The notes: generated by a model not told the origin, from the letters alone. Positions 8,908 to 17,321 are shown, numbered from the stretch's first letter. The stretch: DNA of 64,000 bases from a bacterium (GCA_022840695.1 JALHDC010000001.1:169281-233280), one strand, 5' to 3'. A program made the numbers and translations.

Positions 8908-9420
8908 ATGTATAAGAGAGTAAAAAGAAAAAAATTAGGTAGGGAAAAGTCACATAGGGAGTCTTTAATAAGAAATCTCTTGAGATCTCTTTTTGAATCT
9001 AACTATGTAGTTACAACTACACCAAAAGCAAAAGTACTAAAACAGGAGGCTTCATCTTTGATAGAAAAGGGAAAGAGTATAAAGGATGAGGTTGCTTTTA
9101 GAAGAAATCTTCAAAATCTTTTAGGTAAAGGCACTTTAGTTAATAAGTACTATGAATATGTAAAAAAGGAAAATGTAGGGGTAGGTTTTGTAAGAGTTGG
9201 ATTTAGAGGTGGTGATAATGCAGAGATGGCAAGAGTATTTCTTTTAGGTTTGGATAAGAAGAGGAAAAAAGTTGCAAAAGAAGATGAGAAAGATGAAAAG
9301 AGTAAGAGTGAGGAATCAAAAGTAGATAGAAAAGTTATAGAAAGAAATATCGACAAGAAGGTTGATAAAACTGCTGTAATAAGGAAAACAGAAAGAGCTA
9401 GAAGTAGAGCTGGTATTTAA
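8908..9420 (+). CDS. rplQ: 50S ribosomal protein L17 with a C-terminal K/E-rich extension
   Basis: L17 core (HRESLIRNLLRSLFE...) in the canonical position after rpoA. The last ~60 aa are Lys/Glu/Asp-rich. Confidence 0.9.
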   Translation: MYKRVKRKKLGREKSHRESLIRNLLRSLFESNYVVTTTPKAKVLKQEASSLIEKGKSIKDEVAFRRNLQNLLGKGTLVNKYYEYVKKENVGVGFVRVGFRGGDNAEMARVFLLGLDKKRKKVAKEDEKDEKSKSEESKVDRKVIERNIDKKVDKTAVIRKTERARSRAGI

Positions 9421-9436
9421 TTAACATAGTATAAAT

Positions 9437-9871
9437 ATGAAGTATAAAACTACTTGGACAAAAAAAGAAGAAATTGAAAGAAATTGGTACATAATTGATG
9501 TTAAGGATCAGATATTGGGTAGAGTTGCTACAAAGATAGCTTCCCTTTTAATAGGTAAGGAGAAAGCAGAGATAGTGCCTAATGTTGATTGTGGTGATTA
9601 TGTAATAGTTTTAAATAGTGATCTTGTTAAGTTGACTAGAGGTAAAGAGGTTAAAAAAATGTATTACAGACATTCAGGATATCCTGGTGCTTTGAAAGAG
9701 ACTAGATTTGATGAACAAATGAAAATAGATTCTAGAAAGATCATACAAGATGCAGTTAAAAATATGTTACCTCAAAACAAGTTAAAGGATCAGAGGGTAA
9801 ATAGATTGATAATATATAAAGATTCTGAGCATAAAAATTCTGCACAGAAACCAATAGAGATTAAATTGTAA
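9437..9871 (+). CDS. rplM: 50S ribosomal protein L13
   Basis: TWTKKEEIERNWYIIDVKDQILGRVATKIA is the L13 N-terminal signature. Confidence 0.95.
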   Translation: MKYKTTWTKKEEIERNWYIIDVKDQILGRVATKIASLLIGKEKAEIVPNVDCGDYVIVLNSDLVKLTRGKEVKKMYYRHSGYPGALKETRFDEQMKIDSRKIIQDAVKNMLPQNKLKDQRVNRLIIYKDSEHKNSAQKPIEIKL

Positions 9872-9882
9872 TTAAACAAATA

Positions 9883-10275
9883 GTGGAGAAATATATAGAA
9901 GGAATAGGAAGAAGAAAAACATCGACAGCTAGAGTAAGAATATATAAAGGAGATAAGGCTTGTACTGTTAATGGGAAAGCTTTAACTGATTATTTTTCTA
10001 CAAAAGCTGATGCAGAGAAGATTGTTAAAAGACCTTTGATAGTTGTTGGTATGGAGGGTAAATATTATTTCACTGCAAAAGTTTTAGGTGGTGGATTGAC
10101 AGGACAGTTAGAGGCTGTGAGATTAGGATTAGCTAGGGCTTTGTATGAGATGGATTCAGAATTAAAAACAACTTTAAGAAAAGAAAATTTGGTTAGTAGA
10201 GATCCAAGAGCTGTTGAGAGAAAGAAATATCATCACAGAAAGGCTAGAAAGAAACCTCAATTCTCTAAGAGATAG
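9883..10275 (+). CDS. rpsI: 30S ribosomal protein S9
   Basis: The C-terminus KYHHRKARKKPQFSKR is the S9 hallmark. It follows rplM. Confidence 0.95.
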   Translation: MEKYIEGIGRRKTSTARVRIYKGDKACTVNGKALTDYFSTKADAEKIVKRPLIVVGMEGKYYFTAKVLGGGLTGQLEAVRLGLARALYEMDSELKTTLRKENLVSRDPRAVERKKYHHRKARKKPQFSKR

Positions 10276-10336
10276 TTTCCATTGTAAATATTTTTTCAAT
10301 CCTCTATCATTTAGGATAATTTAAATATTTATATAT

Positions 10337-11245
10337 ATGGAAAAAAGAAAGAAATTTACCATAATCCTAATATTGGGTTTAATAGTTTTAGCTATACCAG
10401 TACTGCTTCTAGGAGGATTTTGGTTGTACAGGGTAAAAGATTCATATTCAAATATCACAACAGGTAACTATTATGGAGGAGTTGGTTTTGATAACTATGC
10501 TACTTCTGAAAGAGAATCTCTAATTACACCTCAAATTGATATGGTAAAAGAGGGTGATGCTGTAGAGTCTTCTTCAGAAGATGTAAATAAGAGTGTAATA
10601 CGAACTGGAAGTATGTCTGTTGCAGTTGATGATATCGATAATACTTTGGAAGAGGTTACAAACATAAGGAATGAGTACAGTGCTGATGTAGTTAGTTTGA
10701 ATGATTATGGAAAAGGTAAGGAGAGAGGTGTTGTTTTGACTATTAAGGTGGAGGAATCAAAATTTGATGAATTGTATAACAAATTGAAAGATTTAGATGG
10801 AGAGTATGAGGGATCTACAATCACTGAACAAGATGTTACAGATACAGTAATAGATTTAGAGGCGAGGTTAAAGAACTACAGGAGTGTAGAAACTCAATTG
10901 TTGGGTATTTTGGAAACAGCTACGAGTGTGGAGGATATATTAGCTGTGCATAAAGAATTGACAGATATTAGGTATAACATTGAGAGAATAGATGCAGAAT
11001 TAAAGAACATTTCTAACCAGACAGAATATTCCTACATATATCTTACTATTTCACAAAGTAGTACAGGTGCAGAGGTCTTAGAGGATGAATGGAAGCCTGT
11101 AGGGGTACTAAGGGATGCTGTGAGGGCTCTTGTAGAGTTTGCTAAGTTTATAGGTAGCATGTTTATATGGGTATTGGTATTTTCTCCAGTTATTGCTCTA
11201 ATAGTTGGTATTGTGTGGTTTGCTAAAAGAAAGGCTAAGAAATAA
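10337..11245 (+). CDS. DUF4349-like membrane-anchored protein (N- and C-terminal TM helices, central coiled coil)
   Basis: Sequence blocks recalled as typical of the DUF4349 family (IRTGSMSVAVDDID..., TDTVIDLEARLKNYRSVETQLLGILETATSVEDILAVHKELTDIRYNIERIDAELK). Hydrophobic at both termini. Confidence 0.55.
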   Translation: MEKRKKFTIILILGLIVLAIPVLLLGGFWLYRVKDSYSNITTGNYYGGVGFDNYATSERESLITPQIDMVKEGDAVESSSEDVNKSVIRTGSMSVAVDDIDNTLEEVTNIRNEYSADVVSLNDYGKGKERGVVLTIKVEESKFDELYNKLKDLDGEYEGSTITEQDVTDTVIDLEARLKNYRSVETQLLGILETATSVEDILAVHKELTDIRYNIERIDAELKNISNQTEYSYIYLTISQSSTGAEVLEDEWKPVGVLRDAVRALVEFAKFIGSMFIWVLVFSPVIALIVGIVWFAKRKAKK

Positions 11246-11267
11246 TCTTGTGTGAGTATTCTGAGGG

Positions 11268-11276
11268 TGTTATAAT
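11268..11276 (+). promoter_or_regulatory. Candidate extended -10 (tgttataat) for the toxin-antitoxin operon
   Basis: TGnTATAAT, 20 nt upstream of the antitoxin start. It sits in the loop of a weak hairpin (gagtatt..aatactc). Confidence 0.35.
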
Positions 11277-11296
11277 ACTCATATATAAGTTATATA

Positions 11297-11557
11297 TTGA
11301 GTATTATGGCTAAATATTCAAACAGAATACAGGTAAATTTATCCAACAAATTAAGAGATAGGGTATATTCAGAAGCAGAAAGTTTTGGAATATCTGTTCC
11401 AGAATATGTAAGGTATGTGATATTGAAGAATCTAGATAAGGCAGAAAATGATTATCTATTAAGAGATATTAAAAGAGCAGAGACAGAGTACGAGAAAGGT
11501 GAGATTATTAAAACAAATAGTACAGATGAAGCTCTTGATGTGTTGAGAAGTCTTTAG
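11297..11557 (+). CDS. Putative type II antitoxin (86 aa) upstream of a RelE/ParE-family toxin
   Basis: Small gene with 1-nt spacing to the downstream RelE-like gene. The N-terminal region could be a DNA-binding fold. Family not assignable by eye. Confidence 0.45.
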   Translation: MSIMAKYSNRIQVNLSNKLRDRVYSEAESFGISVPEYVRYVILKNLDKAENDYLLRDIKRAETEYEKGEIIKTNSTDEALDVLRSL

Positions 11558-11558
11558 A

Positions 11559-11843
11559 ATGATGGTTAAGATTACCTATTCTAAAACATTTTTAAAGAGA
11601 TATAAGAAATTAAAGAAGGGAAATAAAGAATTAGATAGGAGAATAGAAATATTCATTGAAAAGTTTGTAGAAAATCCTTTTTATTCAGGTTTGGAGACAC
11701 ATAAGATCTTTTTAGATAGTGGGTATGTGTATAGTTCTAGAGTTACAGGGGATATCAGGATATTATGGAGATTTATTAATGATGAAGAAGTATTCTTTCA
11801 GTCAATAGGTGGACATGAGGGAAAGCATTCAGTTTATAGGTGA
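11559..11843 (+). CDS. Type II toxin, RelE/ParE (plasmid stabilisation system) family
   Basis: 94 aa. YSKTFLKRYKKL..NPF..GDIRILWRFINDEEVFFQSIGGHEGKHSVYR resembles the RelE/StbE consensus (...Y.K.F.K....L........G.YRI.Y........I..IGHR...Y). Confidence 0.6.
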   Translation: MMVKITYSKTFLKRYKKLKKGNKELDRRIEIFIEKFVENPFYSGLETHKIFLDSGYVYSSRVTGDIRILWRFINDEEVFFQSIGGHEGKHSVYR

Positions 11844-11850
11844 TTTTTAG

Positions 11851-11856
11851 TATAAT
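11851..11856 (+). promoter_or_regulatory. -10 box TATAAT immediately upstream of the RNase P RNA 5' end
   Basis: tataatatcaa, then the P1 strand cgcaagta. The same 11-mer precedes tRNA-Pro at 42511. Confidence 0.4.
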
Positions 11857-11862
11857 ATCAAT

Positions 11863-12150
11863 GCGCAAGTATTACTAGATGATTGCACTTACTTTTTAAG
11901 TAAGTGAGGAAAGTCCGGACTCCTTAAAAGGGTGCCAACGAGAGTTGGGAGGGAGTGATCTTTCGGAGAAAAGGGCAGCAGAAAGATATACCGCCTAATT
12001 TATTAGGTAAGGGTGAAATGGTAGTGTAAGAGACTACCGGGTATTGTAGTAATACAGTATCGCGAGGTAACCCCCACCTGGAGCAAGGTTAAACCGCATA
12101 GACAGATAATCATCGTTATACAGAATCCGGCTTATTGTGTACTTGCGTAT
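11863..12150 (+). ncRNA. rnpB: RNase P RNA (bacterial type, compact, about 288 nt)
   Basis: Conserved P4 strands GAGGAAAGTCCGG (5' side) and ACAGAATCCGGCTTAT (3' side) are present. The P1 helix is cgcaagta (11864-11871) paired with tacttgcg (12140-12147). Contains GGTAACCCCCACCTGGAGCAAGG-type conserved loops. Confidence 0.8.
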
Positions 12151-12210
12151 TTTCTTTTTATGTTGTGATTTTTCTTAGGTGTTGATATGATTATGCTATA
12201 GGAGATTTAT

Positions 12211-12771
12211 ATGGAAAAAGAATTCAATATATTTGGAAATACAGAATTACATGATAGAGCTATAAGGGAGCTTTATACTGGTAATGATATTGATAAAGTA
12301 CTCCAAGATAAACCTTTTTCTAAGTATATATTCTACGATGTTCTAACTCCTCAGAATGAATTAGTTCCAATTGGTTTAATAGTATCTTGTAGTGGAAAGA
12401 AAGAGGATATGTTGAAAATGGTAGAAGATGATATGGTAGCAAGATTGTTTAATAGTGGTTATGCAGAAGAACTTGGGACGTCAAGAATATATGATACAGT
12501 TAGTAGGTTAGGTAATATTTTATCTGATAGATTTTCTAATGTTGGTAAAACTGTTTTTATTAAGGATATATCTATGAAAGAGGATTGCACTAATGCTAGT
12601 GAAAGAATATCAGGAGGTATTAGAGAATGCATAAATGAGAGTGGTAGTAGTACAGCTATATGTATTACAGATGCAGATAATGATGTAATGGATTTAATAG
12701 AAGATAGAAGGATTAATGTAGAATTAATAGATGAATTAGGAGATTTGAGAGTTTGGGGAATAGAAGCATAA
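12211..12771 (+). CDS. Hypothetical protein (186 aa)
   Basis: ORF with AGGAG RBS 10 nt upstream. No recognisable motif. Confidence 0.4.
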   Translation: MEKEFNIFGNTELHDRAIRELYTGNDIDKVLQDKPFSKYIFYDVLTPQNELVPIGLIVSCSGKKEDMLKMVEDDMVARLFNSGYAEELGTSRIYDTVSRLGNILSDRFSNVGKTVFIKDISMKEDCTNASERISGGIRECINESGSSTAICITDADNDVMDLIEDRRINVELIDELGDLRVWGIEA

Positions 12772-12854
12772 TTTGCTGATACTTTATATTTTCTATAGAC
12801 TTCACTTGTTTTTTCAATGTATAATTTCAGGATTAAAATTAATTAATAATCTTT

Positions 12855-14201
12855 GTGGAGAAAGAAAATTTCTTTGAAGAGGGAGGTTCAGGTGTTGCAA
12901 AAAGAATTGATAGGGAAGATCTTGTTGTAAAAAGTATTCAGGGAGAGGAATTAGAAGCCTCAAATATTGAAAATAAATTAGATGAGAACGATAATAATTT
13001 AAACGGGTTTCCCAAAAAAGAGACTGCTAATACAAATGTAGAATCTTCTCAAATGGTAATGGATAAAACACAAAGGGTATTATACTCAAAGAAAAATCAA
13101 GAATATTGGACAGATAAAAAAGATTCTTCTTTGGAGAGTGCCTATGCGATGATTGCTCCTGATATTCCTCTTGTCAATGTTGAACATAAAGAATTATTTT
13201 TGGAAAAATGTGCCAAATATTATAAAGAAATGGAACAAGATGCTCTTGGCATAAAGAAGATTGACAGATGGGATGAATATGAAATAGAAAGAATGTTTGG
13301 AAAAGGTCTAAATCCTACTTCTTTGAAAACAGCATTGAATAATATTAAATATCTTGTTGAAAATATTTCTTCTGATAACGATACCGTAAGGGTAGTAGAA
13401 TTTGGACCAGGTTCTGGGTGGTCAACATTGATGTTGAGAAATCAGCTACATAAGAAATTTCCTAATAAGAAAATAGAATTAATAAGTGTTGATAAATCAC
13501 CACATTCTGTTGTTGCTACTCAAAATTCTTTAGATTATTATGAAATTCCATGGCAGACAGAAATTAGGGATGGAAATGTTGAAACTATTCCAGATAAGGA
13601 CAAATATGTGACATTGGTCCTTGATGATTTTGTTGAGTTTGCTAATAAACAACCAAATAATTATTTTGATGGTTATTTTTCTAGTCATGGGACTGCATAT
13701 CTGTCTGAACAAGAATATGAGAAATTGTTAGCTTCAATAAAAACAAACGGAAAACCTGGTGCTGTTTTTGTTGCTGACTCACTAGATCCTCTTTATACAG
13801 TGAAATTGGATACATTACATTTGGTATTGTGTTCTATCTTCCCTTCTATCAGCAAGAATATGCAAGAATATACATATGGGAAAAGTCTATTAAGTAATTC
13901 TAAGTATTTTCCTGGACAAGAGGTAAAGAAACTAACAAGAGTACACAATGCCGAATCGGAGCTTTTTTATAATTGGAATAATTATCTTTTGTCAAAATTA
14001 AAGCTGAAGTATATATTACAGATGCTTAAATCTATTCGTATTACTACAGATGTTATTGAGGAGTATCGAGAAGACGTATATCCTTCCTATTTAGTTAATA
14101 ATCTTGTGAAGAAAGAAGCTTTGAATAATTGGGAAGAAATGAAGAATCTCCCCGAGTGTCCACTTTACATAACTAATTGTGCATTTAGGTTAAAGAAGTA
14201 A
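12855..14201 (+). CDS. Hypothetical protein with a class I SAM-dependent methyltransferase-like fold. Start codon uncertain: GTG at 12855, or an internal ATG.
   Basis: Motif I-like VVEFGPGSGWSTLML followed by the acidic ELISVDKS. The stop lies 2 nt before the HK start. Confidence 0.4.
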   Translation: MEKENFFEEGGSGVAKRIDREDLVVKSIQGEELEASNIENKLDENDNNLNGFPKKETANTNVESSQMVMDKTQRVLYSKKNQEYWTDKKDSSLESAYAMIAPDIPLVNVEHKELFLEKCAKYYKEMEQDALGIKKIDRWDEYEIERMFGKGLNPTSLKTALNNIKYLVENISSDNDTVRVVEFGPGSGWSTLMLRNQLHKKFPNKKIELISVDKSPHSVVATQNSLDYYEIPWQTEIRDGNVETIPDKDKYVTLVLDDFVEFANKQPNNYFDGYFSSHGTAYLSEQEYEKLLASIKTNGKPGAVFVADSLDPLYTVKLDTLHLVLCSIFPSISKNMQEYTYGKSLLSNSKYFPGQEVKKLTRVHNAESELFYNWNNYLLSKLKLKYILQMLKSIRITTDVIEEYREDVYPSYLVNNLVKKEALNNWEEMKNLPECPLYITNCAFRLKK

Positions 14202-14202
14202 T

Positions 14203-16434
14203 ATGACTGATTTGATCGGATTCATAAATCTGTCCTCCGGTATAATTCAAATATTGATGGGAATATTTGTTTTCTTGTCAGATACAACTAATAAAGTTAA
14301 AAAATATTACTTCGCATCAGCATTATTCCTAGGACTTTGGTCTTTATCTATATTTTTCTATTCTAATCCGATCATTTTAGATACAACTAATTGGTTGAAG
14401 ATTGTTTATACTATGGCATATTGCATGACTTTGGGATTGATTCTATTTGCAAGAGTTTATCCTAACGAATTAGAAAGAAAATTCAAGACATTCTTTTTTC
14501 TAGTTAGCACCTATATGTTAATATTTACTGCTATTTTGTGGCTGTCAGATTGGATACTCGTCTCGTCATACAATATATCAAAGGAATTTAACAGTATTGC
14601 GACAATGGGTCCCTTATATTTTTGGTATGGTCTCCCAGAATTTGTAACTGGAATATATATCGTCGGCTATTATCTTAATAGAATTAAGACACTGTCAGGA
14701 TTAGAGAAAAAGCAGGTTCAATATTATGTAATAGGTGGAGTTCTTATGTTAATTCCTGTGATAATATTTGACTTTGTACTTCCATTAGTTTGGAATGATA
14801 CAAGATATTATAAATTTGGAACGATAGGAAATGCAGTTTGGACAATGATAGTTGGATATTCTATCTTAACTACACGCTTTTTAGATACACGTGTTGTAAT
14901 CGGAAAGATCATAGGATCTATTCTAAAAACAGTATTTGTTTTCTCAATATTATCTGTATTGATATTTATAGTTGATCCTAAATGGGAGATAAGCTTTACT
15001 TTGTCAGGGTTGGTTAAATTAATAATTCTTTCTCTCCCAGTGGCATTGCTTTTAGAAAACATACTAAAAAGTATCGAGCAATTCCTTACAGAAAGATTTG
15101 TTTATGTAAAATATCATCCAATAAAAAGTTTGAGATTATTCATAAACAAGAATCTTGAAACAGTTGAGTTTGGAGATATTGTAAATAACTTAACCAGTTT
15201 AATAGAAGATTCTTTAAAACCTGGGTTTGTAAGGATCCTTCTATTTGATTCTTCTGGTAAATTGTTAATAAATACCGGAAAAGGGGATAAAAGTATGGAT
15301 ACCAGTAATATTATGGAGATTTTGGAAGTTTGGAATAGATTGAATAGTAATAGGATCTTAATTTTTTCAGAACTTAAAAATTATAAAAAAGTTGGAAAAA
15401 GTATCATAGATGAAAAAAGAGAATCGATACTATCATTTATGAAGACCAACTCTATAGAAGTGATATTTTCTTTGAAAGAACAGAATAAGTTTAATGGAGT
15501 TGTAATTGTTGGAGAGAATTATGATCGGGATGTATATACTGTTGGGGACATTGAATTCTTAGATAATATTATTCAAAATGCGCATATGTCCTTAGTAAGG
15601 GCATTTCTGTATTTAGAACTTCAACAATTCAACCAGACCCTCCAACAAAAAGTAAACCAACAAACAAAAGAATTACAAGTAAAAGTAAAACAATTACAAG
15701 AAGCAAGAAAAAAGGAAAGAGATATGATAGACATAATGGGTCAATTCACAGATGATGTACTAAATGATAAGGATAAATTCGAACTATACATTAAGAGAAT
15801 CAAAACAGCAGTTGATAATGAAATAAAATTAATTAATACTCTCCTTAGTAGTGCTAAGTTGGAAGGAGATAAAATAGAACTTAATCCTGAGAAAATTAAT
15901 ATTGTAGAAGATATAGAAATGGCTATACATGGACATGAAATAGAGGCTAAAGATAAAGGATTAGGATTAGTAAATAATGTATCTAAAGACACTCCAGAAA
16001 TATATGCAGATCATGCCAGAGTAATAGAAGTTCTTAACAACCTAGTAAGTAATGCTGTTAAATATACAAGTAAGGGTTCTGTAACCATATCCTCTAATCA
16101 TACAGAAGATGTAGTAAGCATATCTGTAGAAGATACAGGAAAAGGAATTCCTGAGGAAGAACTTTCAAAGTTAGGTCAAAAATTCTACAGAATTCAAAAC
16201 TATATAAGTGAGGAAGAGGGTAAACCAGATTTAGTAAGGCCAGGAGGAACAGGATTAGGCCTATATGTTACATTTGGTTTAGTAGAAAAGATGGGAGGAA
16301 AAATGGAAGTCGAAAGTGAAGTAGGAAAGGGTACGAAATTTACATTCTCTCTTCCTAGATACAATAATCAAGATAATGGAATTACAAAAGTAAATAGTAG
16401 GGATATGTTTCAAAGATTAGGACTTAAGAGATAG
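14203..16434 (+). CDS. Sensor histidine kinase with a polytopic (7-8 TM) N-terminal sensor domain
   Basis: 743 aa. About eight hydrophobic helices in the first 300 aa. Coiled coil (QQFNQTLQQKVNQQTKELQVKVKQLQE). HATPase_c G-boxes DTGKGIPEEEL and GGTGLGLYVTFGLVEKMGGKMEVESEVGKGTKFTFSLP. Confidence 0.8.
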   Translation: MTDLIGFINLSSGIIQILMGIFVFLSDTTNKVKKYYFASALFLGLWSLSIFFYSNPIILDTTNWLKIVYTMAYCMTLGLILFARVYPNELERKFKTFFFLVSTYMLIFTAILWLSDWILVSSYNISKEFNSIATMGPLYFWYGLPEFVTGIYIVGYYLNRIKTLSGLEKKQVQYYVIGGVLMLIPVIIFDFVLPLVWNDTRYYKFGTIGNAVWTMIVGYSILTTRFLDTRVVIGKIIGSILKTVFVFSILSVLIFIVDPKWEISFTLSGLVKLIILSLPVALLLENILKSIEQFLTERFVYVKYHPIKSLRLFINKNLETVEFGDIVNNLTSLIEDSLKPGFVRILLFDSSGKLLINTGKGDKSMDTSNIMEILEVWNRLNSNRILIFSELKNYKKVGKSIIDEKRESILSFMKTNSIEVIFSLKEQNKFNGVVIVGENYDRDVYTVGDIEFLDNIIQNAHMSLVRAFLYLELQQFNQTLQQKVNQQTKELQVKVKQLQEARKKERDMIDIMGQFTDDVLNDKDKFELYIKRIKTAVDNEIKLINTLLSSAKLEGDKIELNPEKINIVEDIEMAIHGHEIEAKDKGLGLVNNVSKDTPEIYADHARVIEVLNNLVSNAVKYTSKGSVTISSNHTEDVVSISVEDTGKGIPEEELSKLGQKFYRIQNYISEEEGKPDLVRPGGTGLGLYVTFGLVEKMGGKMEVESEVGKGTKFTFSLPRYNNQDNGITKVNSRDMFQRLGLKR

Positions 16435-16460
16435 TTTCCAATGCTTATGGACTTGCACAC

Positions 16461-17246
16461 TTAAATAAAAGTTTTCTCAAATAGTATTTTGTGCCATCTA
16501 CTGGGATATTTTTCTATCAAGATTTTACCCAAAATCCAAGAAAAAAAATGAGGATCTTCTAGAACTGAATCTTCCTCTTTTAGGTTCTTTTTCCTTTCTT
16601 TCTTTAAATGTTCTTGGAGAAATCTTGTAATTTTTTTATTCATTATAGAAAAATGTGTTGGGGCATATTTCCTAGAAAATTCATACTCAGTACAAAAGGC
16701 AAAAAGCTCTGAAAAATTTTTATATGATGGGATAAAAAATTTTTGTTCAAGGTTAGTTTCTTTATTCTTATATAACTTGATACTTGTATCTAGTATATTT
16801 ACTATTTCTTCTCTATCGGAATAATAGAATGGATTTTTATTATTGAAATATATATGGGCATATTCATGTATTATTGTCGCAATGCAACTCTCTTGATTTG
16901 TATAGATAGTCCCCAAGTTTCTTTGTAATTTGGAGAAATCGGAGCACAACCCTCCTGATATAATGTTTTGGATTTTATAATCTTTAGAAAAATATTTTCT
17001 AAAATCTTCTCCCTGTCTTAAATATGCACTCCATCCTTGTTTTGTTTTATCAAGAACATTCTCTTTATGAGGAATTTTTGACAGTTTGATATTTGAGTCA
17101 ATATTTTTATAAACATATAAGTTGTGATCATCAAAACTAACGATAGTAACTGTTTTAAGAATATTTCTATCTTTAAAGATAGTGGCTAATGAATTTGATG
17201 ATATGTATTGAATAGCTTTTTCTATTAATTCTGTATCACTTAACAT
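16461..17246 (-). CDS. Hypothetical HExxH-motif protein (putative zinc metallopeptidase-like) downstream of the rSAM-precursor pair
   Basis: 261 aa, soluble. IIHEYAHIYF contains HExxH. Same strand as, and 75 nt downstream of, the precursor gene. Confidence 0.35.
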   Translation of the reverse strand: MLSDTELIEKAIQYISSNSLATIFKDRNILKTVTIVSFDDHNLYVYKNIDSNIKLSKIPHKENVLDKTKQGWSAYLRQGEDFRKYFSKDYKIQNIISGGLCSDFSKLQRNLGTIYTNQESCIATIIHEYAHIYFNNKNPFYYSDREEIVNILDTSIKLYKNKETNLEQKFFIPSYKNFSELFAFCTEYEFSRKYAPTHFSIMNKKITRFLQEHLKKERKKNLKEEDSVLEDPHFFSWILGKILIEKYPSRWHKILFEKTFI

Positions 17247-17321
17247 AGGTAAATTCTTAACAGTAAAAATTAGAGGGGGAAGAAACCATATTTGCTGTCT
17301 TGTGGCTCCCCCTTTAGGTAA

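Noticed and set aside
12855-12857. GTG at 12855 as the start of the methyltransferase-fold protein
   Set aside because: It is not rejected outright, but it is unsupported by any RBS. An internal ATG (around 13063, MVMDKTQ...) is equally plausible, and the N-terminal 70 aa are acidic low-complexity. The start is left uncertain.
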